Assembly: GCA_934317215.1 (NCBI GenBank)
Contig: CAKREH010000019.1
Coordinates: 363 to 64,362 of the forward strand
DNA: 64,000 nt
Direction of reading: 5' to 3'
Source: an uncultured Roseburia sp.
Lineage (GTDB): Bacteria; Bacillota; Clostridia; Lachnospirales; Lachnospiraceae
Shown here: piece by piece, positions 1-10,125 of the stretch
How the letters are laid out: each line of letters begins with the position of its first letter
Numbering within the stretch: the first letter of the stretch is position 1
Position numbers and translations under genes: made by a program
The notes under the pieces: model-generated
The model's database searches: none
What the model saw: the letters and a program-made list of their open reading frames with translations, nothing else
What the model was told of the DNA's origin: nothing

Positions 1-635
1 GCTGCGATGTGTCCCAGTACCGGCACATAGAAAAATCCTGTTTTTTCATACAAAAATGCAAGCAGACATCCCAAAACCGCCGCATACAGAAACTGCACCA
101 GGTTCGCATGCACCAGTCCAAAGATCAATGCAGAACAAATAATTGCAGGGGCGACACCCAACATCAATTTTAGTCTCTGATAAACCACACCCCGGAATAA
201 TAATTCTTCCGCGATTGGGATCAGAAAACAGGACCCAAGAAACTCATAGACTGCTGCGCCCGCAAAAAATGCCTGATTTGCAGTCTGGAACCCTTCGGAT
301 GCCTGAATTAATGATGTCATCGCAATGATATTGTTGACTGCAATTCCAAGTGCCGCTACGGACACAACAGTCACGGCAATATTGATCACCTGCTCACTGC
401 TAAAGCGAAACTTCTTTTTTCCGTAAACAGTATCCCGGATGTTTTGATCTGCCATATAAAATTTTAATATGACCGGAATCGCAACTGCATCACCCACAAG
501 CTGGCGCAGCATGTAAGTCTCATCTGCACTGCCGAGAAGTATCTCCAATGCATAATAACAGAGACTTGATACCACATAGTAAAGCCCGACCGGATAAATG
601 ATCTGCCATATCTGGAAGCCCTTTGTCTGTTTCAT
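1..635 (-). CDS. CPBP family intramembrane glutamic endopeptidase (CAAX protease-like); 3' end lies outside the window
   Basis: Runs off the window, so it is absent from the ORF track. Reverse translation from ATG 635 gives MKQTKGFQIWQIIYPVGLYYVVSSLCYYALE..., multi-TM, with IPIAEELLFRG (EExxxR) and FGLVH motifs of CPBP proteases. The ATG overlaps the upstream stop (ATGA). Confidence 0.75.
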   Translation of the reverse strand, partial: MKQTKGFQIWQIIYPVGLYYVVSSLCYYALEILLGSADETYMLRQLVGDAVAIPVILKFYMADQNIRDTVYGKKKFRFSSEQVINIAVTVVSVAALGIAVNNIIAMTSLIQASEGFQTANQAFFAGAAVYEFLGSCFLIPIAEELLFRGVVYQRLKLMLGVAPAIICSALIFGLVHANLVQFLYAAVLGCLLAFLYEKTGFFYVPVLGHIA

Positions 636-2881
636 CGTTTGGTTCCCTTCGTATCACGTCCCGCGGTGCGCAGACGGTTTAATGCCACTTCTTTGCCTTT
701 TACTTCAATACTTAACGAATCTTCTGCATTCAGAAGATAAATTGCCGTAAGCGCGTCCCCGGCACCTAATTTCATGCCGCGCACACCGACTGCTCCCTTT
801 TTCTTTTCCGGGATACTGGAAATGTCGATCCGCAGGAAAAAGTCTTTTTCGGACTGCATCACAAGGGTCTCTTCAAGTGCGAGTGCCTGTACAGAGATCA
901 GCTCATCGCCCTCGTTTAATTTTGTCGCAGCTGTGGTTCGTTTTGCAACGTCAAATTCACTTCCATCCACAACTTTAAGCATTGCGGATTTCGTTCCAAA
1001 CAGTACCTGGGAACGACTGATTGCCGCAAGGTTTGTGATGTAGACAAAATTTTCCTCGCTGCTGTTATAATTGCTCAGGTTATCGATCGGTGTTCCCTTG
1101 TCCCGGAATTTGCCATAAGGAAGATCTAACACCTTTAACAGATGCATCTGTCCCTTATTCGTAAAAATACAGATCTTGTCCGTATTTTTGCATGTCAGAA
1201 TGTAGCGGTTTTCCGTGTTCGCCGCCTCCTTATTTCTCTCATAAGTTGCAACATCCACGGTTTTTGCGTATCCAAAACGATCCATTAAGAATACGACATC
1301 CATCTCCTCGATCTTCTTTTCCTCAACGACCGCTTCCTCTAAGTTATCGATCACCGTTTTTCTCGGTTTTGCGTACTCTTTCTTAAAACGCTCCAATTCT
1401 TTGATGATGACTTTCGCCATAGCCGCGCGGCTTCCCAAAATATCCTCATATTTTGCGATATTTTTCAAGGTCTCATCATGATCTTTTAAGAGTGCTTCGA
1501 GTTCGAGTCCGATTAATTTCTGCAGACGCATCTCAAGAATCGCCGTGGTCTGTCTCTCCGTAAAACGAAGTTTTGCAGCGTCTCGTTTTGACTGTTCGGA
1601 TTTAAAATTGATGTTATCTGTGATACCATCGGTTAAGCAGGCTCTCGCATCCTTCACATTTTTACTTCCGCGCAGAATCTCAATGATCAGATCAATGACA
1701 TCCGTTGCCTTGATCAGACCTTCCTGAATTTCTTTTTTGTCGCGCTCTTTTGCAAGAAGTGTCTGATATTTGCGTGTTGCAAGCTCATACTGGAAATTCA
1801 CATGATGGCGGATGATCGGCATGATTCCCATAGTTTCCGGTTTTCCGTCCGCTACCGCTAACATGTTAACGCCAAAGGTATCTTCCAGTTTTGTTTTCTT
1901 GTAGAGAAGATTTTTTAAATTTTCGACATCTGCACCCTTTTTCAGCTCCAGAACGATGCGTATTCCCTCTTTTGAGGACTGGTTTGTGATATCCACAATA
2001 TCGGAAGTTTTCTTTGTCTCAACAAGGCTGTAGATATCGTTTAAGAATTTTCCGATATTGGCACCGATCATGGTGTACGGAATCTCTGTGATCACAAGAC
2101 GGTCTTTTCCGCCTTTTCCCTTTTCAACTTCAACTTTACCGCGGATCTTGATTTTTCCCATACCGGTTGAATAAACGGCTAACAGTTCGTCCTTGTTTGC
2201 AACGATACCGCCGGTTGGGAAATCCGGGCCCGGAATATACTGCATCATCTGCTCGGTATTGATATCCGGGTCTTTCATGTATGCGATCACACCGTCAATG
2301 ACCTCACCGAAATTGTGCGGCGGGATACTGGTCGTCATACCGACGGCGATTCCCTCTGCACCGTTTAAGAGCAGGTTTGGAACTTTGACAGGAAGTACCT
2401 CCGGCTCTTTTTCCGTCTCATCAAAGTTCGGAACAAAATTTACGACATCTTTATCTAAGTCCGCTAAATATGCTTCCTGTGTGATCTTCTGTAAACGCGC
2501 TTCCGTATAACGCATTGCTGCGGCGCCATCTCCCTCGATGGAACCAAAGTTACCGTGTCCATCCACAAGCGGCAGGCCTTTTTTGAAATCCTGCGCCATC
2601 ACGACGAGTGCATCATAGATCGAACTGTCACCGTGCGGATGATATTTACCCATCGTATCACCGACAATACGCGCACACTTACGGTACGGCTTGTCATAGC
2701 GGATGCCAAGTTCATACATATCATAAAGCGTTCTTCGCTGCACCGGTTTTAAACCGTCCCTCACGTCCGGGAGTGCACGCGCGATGATAACGCTCATGGC
2801 ATAATCAATATAAGATTTCTGCATCAGTTCCGAATACTCGGTGCGGATAATCTGTTCTTCCTGATTCATATCATACTCCAT
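632..2881 (-). CDS. parC: type IIA topoisomerase subunit A, probably topoisomerase IV ParC
   Basis: 749-aa ORF with ARALPDVRDGLKPVQRR, GKYHPHGD and AAMRYTEARL (catalytic Tyr) motifs of GyrA/ParC. Gln in KPVQRR, short length and no visible GyrA box (QRRGGKG) favour ParC. Alternative start ATG 2869 sits behind a GGAG SD. Confidence 0.8.
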   Translation of the reverse strand: MEYDMNQEEQIIRTEYSELMQKSYIDYAMSVIIARALPDVRDGLKPVQRRTLYDMYELGIRYDKPYRKCARIVGDTMGKYHPHGDSSIYDALVVMAQDFKKGLPLVDGHGNFGSIEGDGAAAMRYTEARLQKITQEAYLADLDKDVVNFVPNFDETEKEPEVLPVKVPNLLLNGAEGIAVGMTTSIPPHNFGEVIDGVIAYMKDPDINTEQMMQYIPGPDFPTGGIVANKDELLAVYSTGMGKIKIRGKVEVEKGKGGKDRLVITEIPYTMIGANIGKFLNDIYSLVETKKTSDIVDITNQSSKEGIRIVLELKKGADVENLKNLLYKKTKLEDTFGVNMLAVADGKPETMGIMPIIRHHVNFQYELATRKYQTLLAKERDKKEIQEGLIKATDVIDLIIEILRGSKNVKDARACLTDGITDNINFKSEQSKRDAAKLRFTERQTTAILEMRLQKLIGLELEALLKDHDETLKNIAKYEDILGSRAAMAKVIIKELERFKKEYAKPRKTVIDNLEEAVVEEKKIEEMDVVFLMDRFGYAKTVDVATYERNKEAANTENRYILTCKNTDKICIFTNKGQMHLLKVLDLPYGKFRDKGTPIDNLSNYNSSEENFVYITNLAAISRSQVLFGTKSAMLKVVDGSEFDVAKRTTAATKLNEGDELISVQALALEETLVMQSEKDFFLRIDISSIPEKKKGAVGVRGMKLGAGDALTAIYLLNAEDSLSIEVKGKEVALNRLRTAGRDTKGTKR

Positions 2882-2988
2882 TTCTGTCCGTTTTTCAGGG
2901 CATCACAAGTCAGCTGGCACTGCTCACTTCCCGCCCGCATGTTACTGTCTGCTCCCTGCCAGTCGTTTCAGTAACACCCACATCTCTA

Positions 2989-4911
2989 TCAGATATCAAG
3001 TGCTGCATCTTTTGCATGTTCATAAATAAACATCTTGCGCGGCGGCACATCATTTCCCATCAAAAGTTCCGTGATATCGGACGCCATACGTCCATCTTCA
3101 ATCTCGATGCGTTTTAAGATCCTCGTTTCCGGATTCAATGTCGTCTCCCAAAGCTGCTCTGCATCCATCTCACCGAGACCTTTATATCGCTGCAGAGTAA
3201 AATTGCTCTTATGGTTCCTGCGGTAACGTTCCAATGCCGCATCGTCGTAAAGGTATTCTTCTTCCCCTTTAGACGGGATCGCTTTGTACAATGGCGGCAT
3301 CGCCACATAGACATGTCCCTCATAGATCAATTCCGGCATGAAACGGTAAAACAGTGTCAGAAGCAGCGTGGAAATATGTGCTCCATCGACATCGGCATCT
3401 GCCATAATGATGATTTTGTCATAACGAAGTTTGGTAATGTCAAAATCATTACCGTAGCCTTCAGAAAAACCACATCCAAATGCATTGATCATCGTCTTGA
3501 TCTCTGCATTTGCAAGCACTTTGTCAATACTTGCCTTCTCAACATTTAAGATCTTACCACGGATCGGCAGAATTGCCTGAAAATTACGGTCACGCGCCGT
3601 CTTTGCAGAACCTCCCGCGGAATCTCCCTCGACGATAAAGATCTCACAGATCGACGCGTCCCTGCTCTCACAGTTGGCAAGCTTTCCGTTGGAATCAAAA
3701 GAGAATTTCTGTTTTGTCAGAAGATTCGTCTTTGCACGCTCCTCCGTCTTTCGGATCTTTGCCGCCTTTTCCGCACAGGAGATCACGGTCTTTAATACCT
3801 CTAAATTTTTGTCAAAATAAAGTTGTATCTCATCCCCGGTCACCTTTGCCGTGACACGCGATGCATCCTGGTTGTCGAGTTTTGTCTTGGTCTGTCCCTC
3901 AAACCGCGGATCCGGATGTTTGATAGAGACAATCGCCGTCATTCCGTTGCGGACATCCGCTCCCGTAAAGTTGGAATCTTTCTCCTTTAAAATGCCAAGT
4001 TCTCTCGCATAAGAATTGATAACTGTGGTAAACACTGTCTTAAATCCCGTGATATGCGTACCGCCCTCCGCATTAAAAATATTGTTGCAGAATCCTAAAA
4101 TATTCTCATGGAACTCATTGGTATACTGAAATGCAGCCTCAACCGTGATTCCATCCTGCTCGCCCTTAAAGTACACCACATCGTGAAGCACCTCATTTTT
4201 TTTGTTCAGATCCTTGACAAAACCAACGATGCCTTCTTCCTCATGGTATACGATATGTTCCACTTCCGGTCCGCGTTTATCCTCATAAATAATCGTCAGT
4301 GCCGGGTTTAAGTATGCCGTCTCATGCATACGGCTTTTTACTTCGTCCTCTTTGAATCTGGTCTTTTCAAAAATCTCAGGATCCGGAAGAAAATTAACCT
4401 TCGTACCGGTCTTTTTTGTTTTTCCAATCGTCGGAAGCAGCCCGTTTTCCAGTTCGACCACCGGAATCCCACGCTCATATCCGTCATGATGAATATAGCC
4501 ATCCCGGCTGATCCATACATCCATATGTGTCGACAATGCATTTACAACAGACGAACCTACTCCATGCAGTCCTCCACTGGTCTTATAAGCGGAATCATCA
4601 AACTTTCCTCCTGCATGCAGCGTTGTATAAACAATACGCGCAGCTGAAACTCCCTTTGCATGCATGCCGACCGGAACGCCTCGTCCGTTATCCTCAACGG
4701 TACAGGAACCATCCGCTTCTAATGTTACACAGATCGTATCGCAGGCTCCCGCAAGATGTTCATCCACTGCATTGTCCACAATCTCGTAGATCAGGTGATT
4801 CAATCCTTTGCGCGAAACACTTCCGATATACATTCCCGGTCTTTTTCTTACCGCCTCAAGCCCTTCGAGAACGGAAATACTGCTCTCGTCATAGCCGCCT
4901 GTCTTTGCCAT
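2989..4911 (-). CDS. parE: type IIA topoisomerase subunit B (GHKL ATPase + Toprim), probably ParE
   Basis: 640 aa. Motifs VLEGLEAVRKRPGMYIGS, EIVDNAVDE, GGLHGVG, EIFIVEGDSAGGSAK and ADADVDGAHI. Lies directly upstream of the A subunit. Confidence 0.8.
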   Translation of the reverse strand: MAKTGGYDESSISVLEGLEAVRKRPGMYIGSVSRKGLNHLIYEIVDNAVDEHLAGACDTICVTLEADGSCTVEDNGRGVPVGMHAKGVSAARIVYTTLHAGGKFDDSAYKTSGGLHGVGSSVVNALSTHMDVWISRDGYIHHDGYERGIPVVELENGLLPTIGKTKKTGTKVNFLPDPEIFEKTRFKEDEVKSRMHETAYLNPALTIIYEDKRGPEVEHIVYHEEEGIVGFVKDLNKKNEVLHDVVYFKGEQDGITVEAAFQYTNEFHENILGFCNNIFNAEGGTHITGFKTVFTTVINSYARELGILKEKDSNFTGADVRNGMTAIVSIKHPDPRFEGQTKTKLDNQDASRVTAKVTGDEIQLYFDKNLEVLKTVISCAEKAAKIRKTEERAKTNLLTKQKFSFDSNGKLANCESRDASICEIFIVEGDSAGGSAKTARDRNFQAILPIRGKILNVEKASIDKVLANAEIKTMINAFGCGFSEGYGNDFDITKLRYDKIIIMADADVDGAHISTLLLTLFYRFMPELIYEGHVYVAMPPLYKAIPSKGEEEYLYDDAALERYRRNHKSNFTLQRYKGLGEMDAEQLWETTLNPETRILKRIEIEDGRMASDITELLMGNDVPPRKMFIYEHAKDAALDI

Positions 4912-4959
4912 TTCTTTTTTCCCTTTCCTGCTAAATCTATTACTTTTTATAATGAATTT

Positions 4960-6054
4960 CTATTTCTGATCCGTATCCTGACGTCTTGCATACTGCATAT
5001 GCGAAATAACCATCAGCGCAAGTTTAAATGTCATCGCATCGTCAAATTTACGGATATCAAGCCCGATGATCTTTTCCAAACGCTCCAGACGGTACACCAG
5101 GGTATTTCTGTGCACATAAAGCTGTCTGGCAGTCTCTGAAATGTTCAGGTTGTTTTCAAAGAACTTCTGTATCGTTGTCGTTGTTTCCTCATTAAAAATA
5201 TCCGGGATCTCATCGCCGAACACCTCATGGATGAACATCTCACAGAGACTCATCGGAAGCTGGTAGATCAGACGCCCGATACCAAGATAACGATATGCGA
5301 TCGTCTCTTTTTCTGCATAGAAAATTTTTCCAACCTCAAGCGCCATCTTTGCCTCCTGATAGGATTTTGCAATATCCGGCAGATTATTCACCTGATTACC
5401 GTAACCGACCCTCACGCGCACCATTGCCTCGGTATGCATATTGTCCACGATCATATCGGCCAATTTCTGTAATTCATCTTCACTCTTAATGTCGCGCACG
5501 TCCTTGATCAGGACGATGCTCTGCTCGTCTACTTCGGTCACATAATCGCGCATCTTGGTTGCAAAGAGATTTTTCACAAGTTCCACTGCGGTGGAATCCT
5601 TTTTATCTTCTAAATCGATCACAAAGACCACGCGCTCTGCCTGCTCGATGTGAAGTTTCTGTGCCTTATTGTACATATCTACGACCAACATATTTCCAAG
5701 CAGGATATTCTGCATGAAATTGTTGCGGTCGAACTGCTCCATGTAGGCTGCTGCAAGGTTTCTGATCTGGCAGACCGCTAAGCGCCCCACCATATATGCA
5801 TCCTCTGCCTGTGATTTAGTCAGCAGAATGTATTCCACCTCGCCATCCACGATCACCTTAAAAAAATGATATCCTGAGAGCATCTGGCTCTCTGCCATGG
5901 AATCTGCAAAAGATGTGATCGCGCCCTCTAAATCTCCCTCCGGTTCAAATGTCGCCGCAACCGGCTTTCCTTTTTCCGTGTAAAGCGCAAGATCAATTCT
6001 CGATATATCTTTTATCTCATCCAGTGCTGTCTGTATTTTATGGTTTGAAATCAT
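4960..6054 (-). CDS. PucR/CdaR family transcriptional regulator
   Basis: C-terminal PucR-type HTH (ISETARQLYVHRNTLVYRLERLEKIIGLDIRK). The ORF-track start 6132 (TTG) lies inside the upstream terminator. ATG 6054 (MISNHK...) follows a GGAAAGGA SD. Confidence 0.7.
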   Translation of the reverse strand: MISNHKIQTALDEIKDISRIDLALYTEKGKPVAATFEPEGDLEGAITSFADSMAESQMLSGYHFFKVIVDGEVEYILLTKSQAEDAYMVGRLAVCQIRNLAAAYMEQFDRNNFMQNILLGNMLVVDMYNKAQKLHIEQAERVVFVIDLEDKKDSTAVELVKNLFATKMRDYVTEVDEQSIVLIKDVRDIKSEDELQKLADMIVDNMHTEAMVRVRVGYGNQVNNLPDIAKSYQEAKMALEVGKIFYAEKETIAYRYLGIGRLIYQLPMSLCEMFIHEVFGDEIPDIFNEETTTTIQKFFENNLNISETARQLYVHRNTLVYRLERLEKIIGLDIRKFDDAMTFKLALMVISHMQYARRQDTDQK

Positions 6055-6130
6055 ATTCTGTTTCCTTTCCGATATCTCCCCTTCGTCTGGTTCCATCATA
6101 CGGTCTGCAATTTTATCCTTACTGACGAAC

Positions 6131-6157
6131 AAAAACTGGGTACATCACTGTACCCAG
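6131..6157 (-). terminator. rho-independent terminator downstream of the sugar ABC ATPase gene
   Basis: Minus strand CUGGGUACA-GUGA-UGUACCCAG (9-bp stem) followed by UUUUUG. Confidence 0.7.
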
Positions 6158-6194
6158 TTTTATTTTAAATGATGTTCTGTTTAATTTTACCGAA

Positions 6195-7307
6195 TTAGTT
6201 GGTAATTGTCAATTCTGTTTCTTTGTCGAAAACATGAATCTTCTCAGGATCAATAGCAAGTTTGATGTGATCTCCCATACGTGCTGTTGTTCTGGAATCA
6301 ACTTTTGCAGTCATGCTTGTGCCTGCTGCTTTGAAGTATAATAATACCTCAGAACCTAATAACTCGTATCCTGTTACATCAGCCTCGAATGAGCAGTCTT
6401 TGTGTGCTTCGATCTCGATCTCGGAATCTCCGATATCCTCTGGTCTGATACCCATAACAACAGTCTTTCCGTTGCATCCTGCATCTACAAGTTTCTTAGC
6501 TTTTGCTGGTGGTAATACGATTGTTGTATTATCGAATGTAAGAGAAACTTTGTCTCCTTCTACTTTACATTTTGTATCGATGAAGTTCATCTGCGGAGAA
6601 CCAATGAATCCTGCAACGAATAAGTTGTTCGGCTCATTGTATAATTTCTGCGGAGAATCAACCTGCATGATAACACCATCTTTTAATACAACGATTCTGG
6701 TACCAAGTGTCATAGCCTCGGTCTGATCATGTGTTACATAGATGATAGTTGCTTTTAATCTGTTATGTAAAGAAGCGATCTCAGAACGCATCTGTACACG
6801 AAGTTTTGCATCCAGGTTGGATAACGGCTCATCCATAAGGAATACCTTAGGATTACGAACGATGGCACGTCCCATAGCAACACGCTGTCTCTGTCCACCG
6901 GATAAAGCCTTTGGTTTACGGTCTAATAATTTCTCAAGGTCAAGGATCTTAGCTGCTTCCTCAACTTTTCTCTTGATTTCATCCTTCGGAACTTTTCTTA
7001 ATTTTAATCCGAATGCCATGTTATCGAAAACAGTCATATGAGGATACAGAGCGTAGTTCTGGAATACCATTGCGATATCTCTGTCTTTTGGCTCAACGTC
7101 GTTCATGAGCTTTCCGTCAATATAGAACTCACCAGAGGAAATCTCCTCAAGTCCGGCGATCATACGAAGTGTAGTAGATTTACCACATCCGGATGGTCCT
7201 ACGAAAATGATGAACTCCTGATCCTCTACTTCAAGGTTGAAATCCTTAACAGCCTCAAAGCCGTTTGGATAAACTTTGCAAATGTTTTTTAATGATAAAC
7301 TTGCCAT
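6195..7307 (-). CDS. stand-alone sugar ABC transporter ATP-binding protein (MsmX/MalK/UgpC type)
   Basis: Walker [10 protein letters not shown], signature LSGGQRQR, Walker B FLMDEPLSNLD, and a C-terminal MalK-type regulatory domain. No cognate permease is adjacent, as for multitask MsmX-like ATPases. Confidence 0.9.
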   Translation of the reverse strand: MASLSLKNICKVYPNGFEAVKDFNLEVEDQEFIIFVGPSGCGKSTTLRMIAGLEEISSGEFYIDGKLMNDVEPKDRDIAMVFQNYALYPHMTVFDNMAFGLKLRKVPKDEIKRKVEEAAKILDLEKLLDRKPKALSGGQRQRVAMGRAIVRNPKVFLMDEPLSNLDAKLRVQMRSEIASLHNRLKATIIYVTHDQTEAMTLGTRIVVLKDGVIMQVDSPQKLYNEPNNLFVAGFIGSPQMNFIDTKCKVEGDKVSLTFDNTTIVLPPAKAKKLVDAGCNGKTVVMGIRPEDIGDSEIEIEAHKDCSFEADVTGYELLGSEVLLYFKAAGTSMTAKVDSRTTARMGDHIKLAIDPEKIHVFDKETELTITN

Positions 7308-7553
7308 TGGTCTAAATACCTCCTGATATTTGTGTTTCGTTATTTGATAACTATACTATACAAAAAAGATGCAAAAAGCACCATATGTCTCCTACACAAA
7401 GAATTTTGTTTTTTCTTGTAGGATGTCACAGTGCCTTATTCATCTTTTCCACCTTTTCGTCAAACTGACGGCTTTTCCATCAAAAACTGTACAGATTGAC
7501 GGATACAAACGTTCTTCCTTTTTATAAAAAGTTTATTTTATGTTCCATTGCAG

Positions 7554-8297
7554 TCATTTCTTTTTGCGGATCCGGTGAAGCTGCGGTCTTAATACCAGTT
7601 CCTGGATCACGATGCCGTCACGCTGTGTCAGCACATATTCCACCGCTTCCGCCACTTCTTCCGGGGTAAGATAAGATTCTTTTTCTTCTCCCACCGTAAA
7701 GTCCGCATTCCGGTACAGATTCGTCTCCGTCATATCCGGGTAGACTGCTGTCACTTTGACGCCGTATTTTCTTGCCTCCTCAAATAAACCTGACGAAAAT
7801 GATGCGAGTCCTGCCTTGGTTGCGGCATAGGCACAGCCGTGCGGACTTGGCTGTTTCGCCGTGACAGATGAGATATTAATAATATAACCGTTGTTTTTCT
7901 TCAATGTGCGTAAAAGCTGCTGGGTTAAGATCAGTGGTACTTCTAAGTTCACGCGGACCATTTCCTGTATTTTTTTCGGGTTCAGTTCCTCATGCAGCCC
8001 ATAGTAAGCTGCACCGGCATTATTAACAAGGACTTTTACCGTGTGCTCCGATGTGATCTGTTTTACGATGGCACATAGTTTATCCGTATCGGTAAGGTCA
8101 CAGATAATTGGATGAAATATGCCATTTTTCAAATCATTTTCACACGGAAGTACTCCGGCAATGTTTCTATCCTCTTCCGCATCAAATCTGCGCCCGATCC
8201 CAAACACTTCATATCCAAGCGCAGCTAATTTTTCACTGATGGCGCGCCCGATACCGGAGGAGGCACCTGTTACGATGGCTGTATTTTTCTGTGTCAT
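7554..8297 (-). CDS. SDR family oxidoreductase
   Basis: TGASSGIGRA Rossmann motif, NNAG, and YAATKAG (Y-x3-K). Start moved to ATG 8297 behind a GAGGGGGAG SD. Confidence 0.85.
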   Translation of the reverse strand: MTQKNTAIVTGASSGIGRAISEKLAALGYEVFGIGRRFDAEEDRNIAGVLPCENDLKNGIFHPIICDLTDTDKLCAIVKQITSEHTVKVLVNNAGAAYYGLHEELNPKKIQEMVRVNLEVPLILTQQLLRTLKKNNGYIINISSVTAKQPSPHGCAYAATKAGLASFSSGLFEEARKYGVKVTAVYPDMTETNLYRNADFTVGEEKESYLTPEEVAEAVEYVLTQRDGIVIQELVLRPQLHRIRKKK

Positions 8298-8315
8298 AAC
8301 TCTCCCCCTCATTTA

Positions 8316-8705
8316 TCACATCCAATTTTTCTCAATCGTCTGTGACAACCGGATAAACATATCATAATATACATTTTTTGTCTGATTAATGATATCCATT
8401 GCAATCGCTTCATTATATGCGTGCGCGACATTATTTCTTGAAGTAAGTGCATCAAGCCATACTTCCTCATCCTCTATCATTCCCGCTCTATAAGCAGTTT
8501 TGAGTATTGTTCTCGGTGAACCGGTTGCACTCTCTGCATACCCAAAATTCTCCAGAATTTCTTTCATCGCTTTCCATGCCTGCTCAAAACATATTTCATA
8601 CAGACCAACCATTCCAGCTATTTCTACATTTCCATAAGGCTCCTGACAATTATAAATATCTTTCAAATTTTTTAACGCAGACTTAAAATTTTCATACTTT
8701 TTCAT
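8316..8705 (-). CDS. HEPN-domain protein (HI0074-family nucleotidyltransferase substrate-binding protein), putative toxin
   Basis: R-x4-H HEPN motif (SRNNVAHAY). About 130 aa and helical. ATG 8705 overlaps the upstream MNT stop by 14 nt. Confidence 0.8.
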   Translation of the reverse strand: MKKYENFKSALKNLKDIYNCQEPYGNVEIAGMVGLYEICFEQAWKAMKEILENFGYAESATGSPRTILKTAYRAGMIEDEEVWLDALTSRNNVAHAYNEAIAMDIINQTKNVYYDMFIRLSQTIEKNWM

Positions 8706-9012
8706 ATAACACAACTCCCTCTCGCTCAATGGACTCCAGCAACTCTTTTCTTACCGGTTTATCCATATTAATAATATCAAATTCAAGCAGTGTAGATGTT
8801 TCCTCGTCTACATCTAAAATAAAGTGACTTCCTCGTCCCCCAGAAAAAGCTAAATCAATATCGCTGCGTTCTTTGTAATCTCCCCTTGCCCTAGAACCAA
8901 ACAAAATAACCTTTTGAACTTGATTTTTCTCTGCTAACTGTATGATTTCCTGTATTACTTTTTGTTTTATCCCTGTTTTTTTATACAAAATTTCTTCTGA
9001 CATAAAATCCAT
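8692..9012 (-). CDS. MNT-type nucleotidyltransferase, putative antitoxin of the HEPN partner
   Basis: GSRARGDYKERSDIDLAF matches the G-S-x2-R-G...S-D-x-D-L minimal nucleotidyltransferase motif. 106 aa. Confidence 0.8.
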   Translation of the reverse strand: MDFMSEEILYKKTGIKQKVIQEIIQLAEKNQVQKVILFGSRARGDYKERSDIDLAFSGGRGSHFILDVDEETSTLLEFDIINMDKPVRKELLESIEREGVVLYEKV

Positions 9013-9090
9013 TCTTTCCCCAATTAACTATAATACTCTGTTTTATATTATATAAGCGGAAACATTGAATAACAACCTTTCATAAAAATC

Positions 9091-10125
9091 TTACGACTCC
9101 CACCGGAAGATCTTCTCTTCCGGCACATACTCTAAAAGCTGTCTGATCAGAAATCTCTCCATCTGTTCTGTCAGCTCTTTTCCATAATGATAAACCCCGC
9201 CGTCATTCTGAAACGGGAACTGCACCACTGCAGAATACGGTTCGTTTTTTCTCATTTTCTTTAAATAATCCTGCGAGACTCGGAAAGAGCCGACACTGAC
9301 ATCAAAGATCTGATCCATTGGGACTTCTTTTGTGACAAGTTCTAACATTTCGCGATACTCTTTTTCCCAGTCCGGGCAGTAGATCATCGGATCAAAACAC
9401 AGCCGCACCGGAAATCCTTTTTTTACTGCATCTGCCACACAGCGGACACGCTGCAAAAGTGATGGTGTATTATGTTCATACTGTTTTGTGATATGCTGTG
9501 GCGAAAGTGTAAACGCATAGATTATATTTTTATCGGGTATCAGATCGTCAAAAAGCTTCACATTCGCCGACTTTGTGCGGATCTCGATTTTAAGTGGATA
9601 GAGTGATGTTTTATTTTCTTCCAGAACAAAATGCTCCCACGCCCTGACGTAACCGGTCACTGACTCAAACGCCAGCAGATCTGTATCATAGGACACACAC
9701 AGATAAACCGAGTGTTCGGACAGCATCCGGTGAAGTTCTTCAAATGTATCTTCTATATTTACAAAAATAACGATATTCGCTGAGGGATACATTCCTTTTA
9801 AATAACAGTATTCGCAGTCATAGATGCAGTTCATCATACAGGATGTATAATAAAAATATGTATTTCCAAAACTCTGGCACACCGGTGCCCCCTGATAGAT
9901 CAGACTGCCCGTCTTTTTTGCAAGGATCAGGTTCTGCGCATGGTGCTGTTCTTCATAGTCCTGCCTGCGTCTGCAGAATACATCTTTATAATGTTTGACA
10001 TACACAATTTCTGCATCCATAAAACGCGCTAAGATTTGCTTTACCCGCGGATGTTCCGCTATTTCTTCTTCCACATAAATATGAGAAAAAAACGAATTAT
10101 AATAATTTTCGTCCAAGCTCTTCAA
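9091..10125 (-). CDS. spore photoproduct lyase family radical SAM protein
   Basis: CxxxCxxC cluster motif (CIYDCEYCYL) at the position seen in SplB. Overall architecture resembles B. subtilis SplB (from memory). TTG start follows a GAGAGGGGA SD. Confidence 0.7.
   Translation of the reverse strand: MKSLDENYYNSFFSHIYVEEEIAEHPRVKQILARFMDAEIVYVKHYKDVFCRRRQDYEEQHHAQNLILAKKTGSLIYQGAPVCQSFGNTYFYYTSCMMNCIYDCEYCYLKGMYPSANIVIFVNIEDTFEELHRMLSEHSVYLCVSYDTDLLAFESVTGYVRAWEHFVLEENKTSLYPLKIEIRTKSANVKLFDDLIPDKNIIYAFTLSPQHITKQYEHNTPSLLQRVRCVADAVKKGFPVRLCFDPMIYCPDWEKEYREMLELVTKEVPMDQIFDVSVGSFRVSQDYLKKMRKNEPYSAVVQFPFQNDGGVYHYGKELTEQMERFLIRQLLEYVPEEKIFRWES

Noticed and set aside
632-4911. Calling the pair gyrB/gyrA
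   Set aside because: The A subunit is short, has KPVQRR instead of KPVHRR and has no GyrA box. The locus lacks dnaA/dnaN/recF. ParE/ParC is more likely, though this is not proven without a phylogeny.
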